A stretch of 32,000 nucleotides of DNA from an uncultured Erysipelotrichaceae bacterium (GTDB taxonomy: Bacteria; Bacillota_I; Bacilli_A; Erysipelotrichales; Erysipelotrichaceae): positions 30,001-62,000 of the forward strand of contig CAYNZZ010000003.1 in NCBI GenBank assembly GCA_964401865.1, read 5' to 3'. A model generated the notes under the pieces. The model saw only the letters and a list, made by a program, of their open reading frames with translations. It did not search any database and was not told the DNA's origin. A program made the position numbers and the translations under genes. Below, piece by piece: positions 24,117 to 32,000 of the stretch (its first letter is position 1; every line of letters begins with the position of its first letter).

Positions 24117-25234
24117 AAAAGAATATTTTGAAAAACGAAGCTGTTCAGGCCATCATTGCTTCTTTGATTTGTATAGTTTTAGGTGTATTTGTGGGATATA
24201 TTGTTTTACTGGCAATTAATCCTGCTGGAGCTACTGATGCGATTATTGCAATTCTTAAAAACTTTTTAACTTACTCAAGAACAGATTCGCAAATTAGATA
24301 TTTTGGTAACACTGTTGTTAAAGCAATTCCGCTTTTGATGTGTTCGTTATCGATTCTTTTTGCTTATAAAGCGGGGTTGTTTAATATCGGAGCTGCTGGT
24401 CAATACTGTGTTGGCATTTGTGCTTGCCTTTATCCTGCTCTTGCGTGGGGATGGAATTGGTTTCCTTGCTTGGTCTTGGCAATTATTGCTGGTGGAGTTT
24501 ATGGTGCGCTTGTCGGAGCATTTAAGGCTTATTTCAATGTCAACGAAGTAATTGCCGGCATTATGCTTAACTGGATTGGCTTATATTTTACCAATATGAT
24601 TTTAAGTAATGTAAAGGATAGCGCAAGTCCATATACTCTTACCTTAAAAAGTACAAATTCTAATGCATTAATTCCAAATTTGGGAATTGATAAATTATTT
24701 AATGGTAATCAATATGCAACAATTGCTATTCCACTTGCTTTGTTAATTGCCATTGTCATTTATGTCATCTTGGATAAGACACGTTTGGGATATGAAATTA
24801 AAGCCACAGGTTTTAATAAGTCGGCTGCCAAGTATGCCGGTATGAAAGAAAAGAAGAATATTATCTTAACATTATTCATATCTGGCGCTATCGCTGGTTT
24901 AGGAGCAGCATTCTTATATTTAACAGGTTTTGAAGAGTATATAGTTACAGCTTCATCTGTTCCGTCTATGGGATTTAACGGTATTGCTGCTGCCTTTTTG
25001 GGAGGCTTGAGTCCAATCGGTTCTATTTTCTCATCGTTTTTTATTCAACATATTTCTTCAGGTGGTGCATACGTTGATAAGTCTATCTACGCATCACAAA
25101 TATCTGATTTGATTGCAGCGGTTATTATCTATCTATGTGGATTTGTATTCTTTGTTAAGACGATGATGAACAACGCAATTGCTAAAAGTGAAGAAAAGAA
25201 AGCTAATGCTAGTAAAGAAGGAGGCAAGAAATAA
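24113..25234 (+). CDS. ABC transporter permease (NupP/YufP-like, BPD type 2)
   Basis: 373 aa polytopic membrane protein with an ATGA overlap with the ATPase gene. It has the typical context of a BMP-type uptake system. Confidence 0.9.
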   Translation: MKKNILKNEAVQAIIASLICIVLGVFVGYIVLLAINPAGATDAIIAILKNFLTYSRTDSQIRYFGNTVVKAIPLLMCSLSILFAYKAGLFNIGAAGQYCVGICACLYPALAWGWNWFPCLVLAIIAGGVYGALVGAFKAYFNVNEVIAGIMLNWIGLYFTNMILSNVKDSASPYTLTLKSTNSNALIPNLGIDKLFNGNQYATIAIPLALLIAIVIYVILDKTRLGYEIKATGFNKSAAKYAGMKEKKNIILTLFISGAIAGLGAAFLYLTGFEEYIVTASSVPSMGFNGIAAAFLGGLSPIGSIFSSFFIQHISSGGAYVDKSIYASQISDLIAAVIIYLCGFVFFVKTMMNNAIAKSEEKKANASKEGGKK

Positions 25235-26172
25235 TGTCATTACTAATTCAATATACATTAATCTTTGCGTCTGTATTGATGCTAGTGGCTCTTGGCGGAT
25301 GCTTCAGTGAACACTCTGGTGTTATTAATTTAGGACTAGAAGGCATCATGGTTATGGGTGCTTTAGGCGGTGCCCTAGTAATGCGTCTTATGCCTGATTT
25401 ATCAACACCGATGATGATATTGGCGGTTGCTTTAGGTTCAATCATCTTTGGTGTGGTTTATTCTTCTTTACTTGGTATTGCTTGTATAAACTTTAAAGCT
25501 GACCAAACTATTGTTGGAACGGCATTAAATATGTTAGCGACTGCAGTTGCTACCGTATTTGTTAAGGCGATGAATGCTTCTATTAATCCTAATGATGTAT
25601 CTTCGACTATTCAATATGTTAATCAAAAGAAGAATTTCTTAATCTACTTTGGAAACTTTGAATTTAACTGGTTTATGATTATTGCGATCATTATGCTTAT
25701 AGTGGCTTATGTTGTATTATATAAGACTCGTTTCGGACTTCGACTTATGGCTTGCGGTGAACATCCTCAAGCCGCTAATTCGGTAGGTATCGATGTAATC
25801 AAAATGCGTTGGTCTGGGGTTCTTATTTCAGGTATTTATGGTGGCCTAGGTGGAATATGTTATATCTTAGCTGGTGTATCGGAATGGAAATTTGAAAATG
25901 GTGTTGCTGGGTTTGGCTTTTTAGCCTTGGCAGTAATGATTTTTGGTCAATGGAAACCGCAAAGAATAGCTTTAGCAGCTTTGTTGTTTGGATTTTTTAG
26001 AGCGCTTTCAAATGTCTATTTTGGCTTTGATTTCTTGGTGAATTTAAATGTTCCGGGAACTGTTTATAATATGCTTCCTTACATTATTTCTTTGGTGGTA
26101 TTAATTTTAACTTCCAAACATTCTAAGGCGCCAAAAGCTGAAGGCATACCATACGATAAATCTAAACGATAG
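25234..26172 (+). CDS. ABC transporter permease (NupQ/YufQ-like)
   Basis: 312 aa polytopic membrane protein with a TAATG overlap with the preceding permease gene. Confidence 0.9.
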   Translation: MSLLIQYTLIFASVLMLVALGGCFSEHSGVINLGLEGIMVMGALGGALVMRLMPDLSTPMMILAVALGSIIFGVVYSSLLGIACINFKADQTIVGTALNMLATAVATVFVKAMNASINPNDVSSTIQYVNQKKNFLIYFGNFEFNWFMIIAIIMLIVAYVVLYKTRFGLRLMACGEHPQAANSVGIDVIKMRWSGVLISGIYGGLGGICYILAGVSEWKFENGVAGFGFLALAVMIFGQWKPQRIALAALLFGFFRALSNVYFGFDFLVNLNVPGTVYNMLPYIISLVVLILTSKHSKAPKAEGIPYDKSKR

Positions 26173-26180
26173 TCTATATT

Positions 26181-26208
26181 AAGCTCTGTTTGAAACAGAG
26201 CTTTTTTT
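26181..26208 (+). terminator. Intrinsic terminator of the BMP/ABC operon
   Basis: Stem AAGCTCTGTT (26181-26190) / AACAGAGCTT (26194-26203), followed by a T-run to 26208. Confidence 0.8.
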
Positions 26209-26224
26209 GTGTTTAAATTAGTTT

Positions 26225-27442
26225 ATGGAAAAAATAAATTTAACAAATATAGATACTTCAAAGTATAAAAGTATCATTGTCGATATGCGTTTCAGTAAAC
26301 CATATGACCAGAAAAAACGTGCCGTTTTAGCAATAGCTGGCAGAATTATTGGTAAATATTCTCTAAAATATCAGACCAAATTGGAAATGACTAAGGTGAA
26401 GGATTTGTTATATGGACTAAAGACAGATTCAAGCTCGAAGACCAGTGGCGGATTGATGGTTTTAGCTATTAGCTTTGAGTTTGTAAATCCTAAGTTTTTA
26501 ATTGATGTAACAATGCAAGATTATATTGATTTTATTGATGAATGTCTTAACAATATTTTCTTTGATGAAAATATCTTTAATGAGACAAAAAATAATCTTA
26601 TTTTTGATATTCAAAGATCATTAGAAAAACCTAGGGTTGTCGAAAGCGAAATGTTAATCAATGAAATTGGCAGAGATATCGAAACATTTACAATGTACAG
26701 CAAGAATATCATTGATGATTTAAAGATGGTAACTTTAGATGACTTAAAAAAAGAATGCAACGAATTTTTCATAACATATCGACGCGATTTTTATATTATT
26801 GGTGAAAAAACATCGATGTTAGAAAACTATTTAAATAAGTATTTAAAAAATAATCATTCATTTTATGAAAAAGAAGATCCAAGAACACTGGTAAAAAGAG
26901 AAGATATTATCAGTGATTACGATGCTGATCAATCATATCTCTCCATTGTTTATCAAAGCCCTTATTCAAGAGGACATAAGGACTATGTGGCTAGTGTAGT
27001 TACAAATACGCTATTTGGGGCTTGTCCTTTGTCTTTATTATTTCAAGAAGTGCGAGAAAAGATGAGCCTTTGTTATTCTATCGATTCTATGTTTTATCGC
27101 AATGATGGTTTGATTAGAGTTTCGACTGGTATTGATGCTGACAGATTAGAAGATGTAAAAAAGGGTGTTGAAAAAGAATTGAATGTTCTTGCCAATGGAG
27201 AATTTGATGAGAGTTTGCTTGAAGCAGTAAAGCGTTTAATGCTTAATAATATCGATGCAATCAGTGATGATAGTGATGAATATATCAATTTTTTATACAC
27301 TAATGATATTAATTATAATGTTTTGGAAATTGAAAGATATAAAAATGACATTCTAGGTGTCAACAAGAGTGATGTTATGCGTGTTGCTGGTAACTATAAA
27401 CCATATTTATGTCATTTTTTAAGAGGTAGTAGAGATGAATAA
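26225..27442 (+). CDS. M16-family peptidase-like protein lacking the zinc motif (YmfF-like non-catalytic partner)
   Basis: 405 aa. It shows the length and pattern of the pitrilysin fold but has no HxxEH. It overlaps the downstream catalytic M16 gene by 8 nt. No SD is present. Confidence 0.72.
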   Translation: MEKINLTNIDTSKYKSIIVDMRFSKPYDQKKRAVLAIAGRIIGKYSLKYQTKLEMTKVKDLLYGLKTDSSSKTSGGLMVLAISFEFVNPKFLIDVTMQDYIDFIDECLNNIFFDENIFNETKNNLIFDIQRSLEKPRVVESEMLINEIGRDIETFTMYSKNIIDDLKMVTLDDLKKECNEFFITYRRDFYIIGEKTSMLENYLNKYLKNNHSFYEKEDPRTLVKREDIISDYDADQSYLSIVYQSPYSRGHKDYVASVVTNTLFGACPLSLLFQEVREKMSLCYSIDSMFYRNDGLIRVSTGIDADRLEDVKKGVEKELNVLANGEFDESLLEAVKRLMLNNIDAISDDSDEYINFLYTNDINYNVLEIERYKNDILGVNKSDVMRVAGNYKPYLCHFLRGSRDE

Positions 27443-28712
27443 GCATTATCATGAATTGTTAGACGAAACATATTATGAAGAAGAACTAAACAACGGATTA
27501 AAAGTTGTTATCTTTCATAAAAAAGATTTTCACTCGACATCGGCGGCATTTGGCACGCCATATGGAGCTTTTGATATAAAAGAAGAGTACGAAGGAACTG
27601 AATTTAACTTTCATCCAGGTATAGCTCATTTTTTGGAACACAAATTATTTGAGTCAGATCATGGTGATGTAATGAATGACTTCTTTTCGATCGGTGCCAA
27701 TGTGAATGCATTTACTTCATATCGCGAAACTGTTTATCATTTTGAAATGACAGGCGATGACATCGAAAGGCCGCTTAATTTATTGCTTGATTTTGTGCAG
27801 AACTTAAGTATTACTGAAGAATCGGTCGAAAAAGAAAAGGGCATCATAAATCAAGAATTAAAAATGTATATGACGATGCCTGATACTAAGCTTTTAAATG
27901 AAACATTTAAAGCAATGTATCACAAATATCCATTAAAGTATGATATTGGCGGAGATGAAGAAAGTGTCAATGCAATAACTAAACAGGAATTAGAAACCTG
28001 TTATCAGATAAATTACCATCCATCAAATATGTTTTTGGTTATAACAACTTACTTAGAACCTTTTAAAATTATTGATATTATTAAGAAAAATCAGGATGCA
28101 AAAACATTTATTAAAAGGGATGTGCCTAAAGTCATTTTTGATAGAGAACCAGAAGCAGTAGTTAATAAGGATGTCGATATTAAATTTAATGTTCAAGCTC
28201 CTAAACATGTCTATGGAATTAAGATTGATGCAAAGTTTAAAGATGTGAACGATGCAATTAAAAAAGAGTGGGCACTTAGAATTTTATTTGAAAGTCATTT
28301 TTCATCTTTAAATCCTTCTTATCAGGAATGGATGAATAAAGGTTATATCAATAATTATTTTGGCTATGAAATAGATTTCGATTTAGATGCAGCATACATC
28401 TTATTTTATGCAGAAGGTCGAACAAAAGAAGAATTAAAGTCTTTAATTGACGACAGCTTAAAAGAAAAGATTCTTAATCAAGAACTCTTAACTCAATTAA
28501 AACGTCGATACTTAGGCATGACATTTAATACGTTCAACGATATTAATTCATTTAATATTGGCTATATAAGAGACATATTAAGTGGTTATGATATATTTGA
28601 TGTGATAGATTGTGTTCAAGGGATTGAACTTGATGATATTTACGAAACATTTGATAGTTTAGATTTCAATAATTATACATTGGTATCAATTTTGCCAAAT
28701 TCGATAAAATAA
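27435..28712 (+). CDS. M16-family zinc peptidase (YmfH-like)
   Basis: 425 aa. It has the inverted zinc motif HFLEH (in GIAHFLEHKLFE) and a downstream Glu region EKEKGIINQE. Confidence 0.85.
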   Translation: MNKHYHELLDETYYEEELNNGLKVVIFHKKDFHSTSAAFGTPYGAFDIKEEYEGTEFNFHPGIAHFLEHKLFESDHGDVMNDFFSIGANVNAFTSYRETVYHFEMTGDDIERPLNLLLDFVQNLSITEESVEKEKGIINQELKMYMTMPDTKLLNETFKAMYHKYPLKYDIGGDEESVNAITKQELETCYQINYHPSNMFLVITTYLEPFKIIDIIKKNQDAKTFIKRDVPKVIFDREPEAVVNKDVDIKFNVQAPKHVYGIKIDAKFKDVNDAIKKEWALRILFESHFSSLNPSYQEWMNKGYINNYFGYEIDFDLDAAYILFYAEGRTKEELKSLIDDSLKEKILNQELLTQLKRRYLGMTFNTFNDINSFNIGYIRDILSGYDIFDVIDCVQGIELDDIYETFDSLDFNNYTLVSILPNSIK

Positions 28713-28826
28713 GTCACTGCTCATCACTTGAATCTGTATGTAGTGATAAACCGATTCAATTACATTGATTTACATAGATAACTCTTTGACTATAAGATAA
28801 ACTTGCAAGTAACAAAAAGGAGGAAT

Positions 28827-29135
28827 ATGAATCAATGTATTTTAGTTGGCACATTAAATAATGAGCCAAGCATTAAAGAAACTAATAACGGTAATCGTTT
28901 GGCACAAATTCAAATCGAGGTTACTAGACCATTTAAAAATGCACACGGTGAAAATGATAGCGATGTATTTGTGGTTAATCTGTGGAATCAGATGGCAGAA
29001 GAGTTTATGAAGAATTATAAAAAAGGACAGATGTTAGCTTTACGATGTCGCTTGCAGTCTAATAATTATGAAAGAGATGGCGAAATATTGTATCGATTTG
29101 AATTAGTTGGTGAAAAAGTATCATTGTTGTCATAA
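28827..29135 (+). CDS. Single-stranded DNA-binding (OB-fold) protein without the acidic C-terminal tail
   Basis: 102 aa (MNQCILVGTLNNEPSIKETNNGNRLAQIQIEV...LWNQMAEEF..KKGQ). It is colinear with the bacterial SSB OB domain. An AAAGGAGG SD precedes the ATG at 28827. The ORF-track start at 28803 is upstream of the SD. Confidence 0.8.
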   Translation: MNQCILVGTLNNEPSIKETNNGNRLAQIQIEVTRPFKNAHGENDSDVFVVNLWNQMAEEFMKNYKKGQMLALRCRLQSNNYERDGEILYRFELVGEKVSLLS

Positions 29136-29160
29136 GAAAGGTTTAAACCTTTCTTTTTTA
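29134..29160 (+). terminator. Intrinsic terminator after the SSB-like gene
   Basis: Stem AAGAAAGGT (29134-29142) / ACCTTTCTT (29147-29155) with loop TTAA, followed by a T-run to 29159. Confidence 0.75.
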
Positions 29161-29206
29161 TAGCATTATTGAGTTCTTTTTAATATAATTTAGTAGGTGA
29201 TATTAT

Positions 29207-30526
29207 ATGGCATTTGATACATTACAAGAAAAAATAACTAAATCATTCCGTAATATTCAAGGCAAGGGTAAACTTACTGAGAAAAATATGGAAGATACTC
29301 TAAAAGAAATCCGCATTGCACTATTGGAGGCGGATGTTAATTATGGAGTGGTAAAGAAATTCTTAAAGAATATCCAAGAAAAATCAATTGGACAAGATGT
29401 TTTAAATTCGATCGATCCAGGTGAACAATTAATTAAAATTGTAAATGACGAGATTATTGATTTACTGGGTGGAGATAAAGAGACATCAATTAATTACAAG
29501 GAGCATGGAATTACCACTTTGATGGTTGTTGGTTTACAGGGAACTGGTAAAACTACGCATGTCGCTAAGATAGCAAATGCAATGAAAAAAGATGGACGTA
29601 AACCATTTATTATTGCAGGCGATATTATTAGATTGGCGGCTATTGATCAGTTGAAGACATTGGGTGACAGCATTGGTGTTGAAGTCTTTTCTTTAGGTGT
29701 GGAAACCCCGGTACTACAAACGGTAAAAGAGGGTATGGATTATGCGAAAGCACATAACTATGATACTGTTTTAATTGATACTGCTGGCAGACTTCAAATT
29801 GATGAAGCTTTAATGCAAGAATTAAAAGATATCAAAGAATTGGTTAATCCTGACGAAATACTATTGACTGTTGACGCTTTGACTGGACAAGATATTGCCA
29901 ATGTCGCAACATCTTTTCATGAGCAGTTAAATGTAACAGGTTTGATCGTTACAAAGTTTGATGGTGATTCCAAAGGTGGTGGTGTCTTATCGGTTAAGGC
30001 TATTACTGGCGTACCTATTAAATATACTGGTGTCGGTGAAAAAATTGAGGATTTAGAAAAATTCTATCCAGATCGCTTGGCTCAGAGAATTTTGGGTATG
30101 GGTGATGTCGTTTCACTTGTTGAAAAGGCACAAGAGAAAATGGATACTGAATTAGCTGAAAAGAGTGCTCGTCGAATGATGGATGGCAAATTCACTATGG
30201 AAGACTTACTAACTCAAATCGAACAGTCGCAAAAGATGGGACCACTAGCTTCGGTGGTTAAATTAATACCAGGAATGAGTGATTTTTCTAAACAGTTAGA
30301 AGAAGTTGATGCTGACTCAGCACTTAAAAGAACTAAAGCCATTATTCAATCAATGACGCCGGCTGAAAGGGAGGATCCATCGATTATTCGTTCTTCTCAT
30401 AAAAGAAGAATCGCTGCTGGTAGCGGCACTAGTGTGAATGAAGTTAATAAGATTATTAATCAATACGATAAGATGAAGAAGATGATGAAACAGCTATCTT
30501 CGATGAAAGGACTTTTTAAATTTTGA
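29207..30526 (+). CDS. ffh: Signal recognition particle protein Ffh
   Basis: 439 aa. The NG domain has G motifs GLQGTGKTT, DTAGR and TKFDGD. The M domain is Met-rich. An AGGTGA SD lies 6 nt upstream. Confidence 0.97.
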   Translation: MAFDTLQEKITKSFRNIQGKGKLTEKNMEDTLKEIRIALLEADVNYGVVKKFLKNIQEKSIGQDVLNSIDPGEQLIKIVNDEIIDLLGGDKETSINYKEHGITTLMVVGLQGTGKTTHVAKIANAMKKDGRKPFIIAGDIIRLAAIDQLKTLGDSIGVEVFSLGVETPVLQTVKEGMDYAKAHNYDTVLIDTAGRLQIDEALMQELKDIKELVNPDEILLTVDALTGQDIANVATSFHEQLNVTGLIVTKFDGDSKGGGVLSVKAITGVPIKYTGVGEKIEDLEKFYPDRLAQRILGMGDVVSLVEKAQEKMDTELAEKSARRMMDGKFTMEDLLTQIEQSQKMGPLASVVKLIPGMSDFSKQLEEVDADSALKRTKAIIQSMTPAEREDPSIIRSSHKRRIAAGSGTSVNEVNKIINQYDKMKKMMKQLSSMKGLFKF

Positions 30527-31554
30527 ACAGGTTAAGTAAAGATATAGTTAAACATTTAAAGAAATTGATGTCTATCGATTCTCCAAGTGGTTTTACTTTC
30601 AATATTATTAATGCATTAAAAAAAGAAATTGATGAATTGGGATTTAAAACTTATTTAAATAATAAGGGCAACTTAATTGTAGAGGTCGGAGAAGGCGAAG
30701 AAGTTATTGGCTTTTGTGGTCATGTTGATACGCTCGGTTTAATGGTGAGATCGATTAAGAGCGATGGAACTTTGTCAATAGTGAAAGTTGGCGGGCCTTT
30801 ACTTCCTACTCTTGATGGTGAGTATTGCAAAATATATACAAGAAATGGTAAGCAATACACCGGTACTATCTTATCCAATTCTCCATCGGTTCATGTCTAT
30901 AAAGACGCTGATAAATTAGAACGCAACGATGAAAATATGTCAGTTAGAATTGATGAAGTCGTTAAATCTAAAGAAGATGTAGAGAAACTTGGTATTAATG
31001 CTGGCGATTTTATTGCCTATGATCCCAAGACGACAATCACAGAAAGCGGTTTTATTAAAAGTCGTTTCTTAGATGATAAATTATCGGTAGCAATCCTTTT
31101 GGAGGTCCTATATGCAATTTATAGAGGTGATATTAAACTTGATAAGAAGGTGTATTTTTTAATATCTACATATGAAGAAGTAGGACATGGTTGTAGTTTT
31201 GTGCCAAAAGATATTCAAAGTTTAATTGCTGTTGATATGGGTTGCATTGGTTTAGATTTAAATTGCAGTGAATATGATGTTTCGATATGTGCGAAAGATT
31301 CTAGCGGTCCATATGACTATTCGCTGACAAATCAAATGATTGCGATTGCCGAAAAAGAAAAATTGAACTATGCAATTGATATTTATCCTTTCTATGGTTC
31401 AGATGTATCTAGTGCATTAAGAGGCGGAAATGATATTAAAGGAGCACTAATTGGACCTGGAGTGGCGGCTTCACACGGGATGGAAAGAACGCATATTGAT
31501 GCAGTAATTAATACATATAGATTAATTGAATCATATTTAAATGGTGTTAAGTAA
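30523..31554 (+). CDS. M42-family aminopeptidase (PepA/YsdC/FrvX-like)
   Basis: 343 aa with metal-ligand blocks GHVDTLG, STYEEVGHG, AVDMG and ASHGMERT. The TTG start overlaps the ffh stop (TTGA). The first in-frame ATG would remove the conserved N-terminal helix. Confidence 0.86.
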   Translation: MNRLSKDIVKHLKKLMSIDSPSGFTFNIINALKKEIDELGFKTYLNNKGNLIVEVGEGEEVIGFCGHVDTLGLMVRSIKSDGTLSIVKVGGPLLPTLDGEYCKIYTRNGKQYTGTILSNSPSVHVYKDADKLERNDENMSVRIDEVVKSKEDVEKLGINAGDFIAYDPKTTITESGFIKSRFLDDKLSVAILLEVLYAIYRGDIKLDKKVYFLISTYEEVGHGCSFVPKDIQSLIAVDMGCIGLDLNCSEYDVSICAKDSSGPYDYSLTNQMIAIAEKEKLNYAIDIYPFYGSDVSSALRGGNDIKGALIGPGVAASHGMERTHIDAVINTYRLIESYLNGVK

Positions 31555-31560
31555 AAATAC

Positions 31561-31589
31561 TTGACAGCTATATATTATTTAGATATTAT
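31561..31589 (+). promoter_or_regulatory. Sigma-A promoter upstream of rpsP
   Basis: TTGACA (31561-31566), a 17-nt spacer, then TATTAT (31584-31589). An AAGGAG SD is at 31603-31608. Confidence 0.65.
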
Positions 31590-31619
31590 TATCAAGTAAG
31601 TTAAGGAGAAATTAAAAAA

Positions 31620-31889
31620 ATGGTTAAATTAAGATTAAAACGCATGGGTGCAAAGAAAGCCCCTTTCTATCGTATCGTAGCTGCTGATTCTCGTTCACCT
31701 CGCGATGGTAGAGATATCGAAGTAATTGGTACATACAATCCAACTAAAGAGCCTGCTATCATTACAGTTGATGAAGAAAAAGCAATCAAATGGTTGAATA
31801 ATGGTGCTATTCCTACAGATACTGTACGCACTATTCTTTCTAAACAAGGAATTATTAAGAAATTCCAAGACGCTAAAAAAGCTAAATAA
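31620..31889 (+). CDS. rpsP: 30S ribosomal protein S16
   Basis: 89 aa. [31 protein letters not shown] is the canonical S16 N-terminus. Confidence 0.97.
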   Translation: MVKLRLKRMGAKKAPFYRIVAADSRSPRDGRDIEVIGTYNPTKEPAIITVDEEKAIKWLNNGAIPTDTVRTILSKQGIIKKFQDAKKAK

Positions 31890-32000
31890 TGATCGAAATC
31901 GAAAAAGTATTACTCGATATTGTTAAACCTATTTGTAACGACCCAGATAGCGTCATGGTCAAACAAATGGAGAGTTTACAAGAAAACGAAGTATTATTAT
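31889..32000 (+). CDS. KH-domain RNA-binding protein (YlqC-like), 5' part truncated by the window edge
   Basis: TAATG overlap with rps[27 protein letters not shown] resembles the YlqC N-terminus, and the rpsP-ylqC synteny is conserved. Confidence 0.7.
   Translation, partial: MIEIEKVLLDIVKPICNDPDSVMVKQMESLQENEVLL

Noticed and set aside
28713-28826. Hairpin ATCACT...AGTGAT (28721-28751) and TACAT direct repeats considered as an ncRNA or terminator.
   Set aside because: The stem is 6 bp with a 13-nt loop and no T-run, and the repeats are 5-mers in AT-rich DNA. The evidence is insufficient.
1-32000. Search by eye for CRISPR repeats, IS/transposase ends, integrases, toxin-antitoxin pairs or known defence genes.
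   Set aside because: None was found. Every ORF over 60 aa on the coding strand is accounted for by housekeeping or transport functions or by the two uncharacterised coiled-coil proteins. A computational repeat search was not possible here.

Overview
This is a low-GC, Firmicutes-type chromosomal core region that codes almost entirely on the + strand. It uses the standard genetic code: TGA acts as a stop, and there are many ATGA/TAATG translational-coupling overlaps.

Gene order:
- 3' end of an unidentified gene
- murG-murB-divIB, the tail of a dcw cluster, with no ftsA/ftsZ following
- a metallophosphoesterase
- a nine-tRNA operon on the minus strand, transcribed Cys-Leu-Arg-Pro-Met-Ile2(CAU)-Ser-fMet-Phe, all with encoded CCA
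- argS-gdhA, followed without a terminator by a 1292-aa all-coiled-coil protein
- a complete T-box leader, a 24-codon micro-ORF and a polar amino-acid ABC transporter (binding lipoprotein, permease, ATPase)
- a stand-alone 57-aa 2x[4Fe-4S] ferredoxin that is below the ORF-track length cutoff
- miaB
- an RNase J paralog with substituted metal ligands
- ftsK
- a Zn-ribbon/coiled-coil/PD-(D/E)xK-like protein (DUF2130-like)
- a BMP-family lipoprotein with a duplicated-ATPase ABC protein and two permeases
- an M16 peptidase pair
- a tail-less SSB-like protein
- ffh
- an M42 aminopeptidase
- rpsP
- the start of a KH-domain protein

I saw no mobile element, CRISPR array, rRNA or recognisable defence island. 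The window looks like ordinary housekeeping DNA, so the findings are scored modestly. The most unusual items are:
- the giant coiled-coil gene inside a housekeeping operon
- the T-box with an ambiguous specifier register and a downstream RRR micro-ORF
- the degenerate RNase J
- the ftsK-coupled nuclease-like protein
- a recurring leaderless-type promoter geometry
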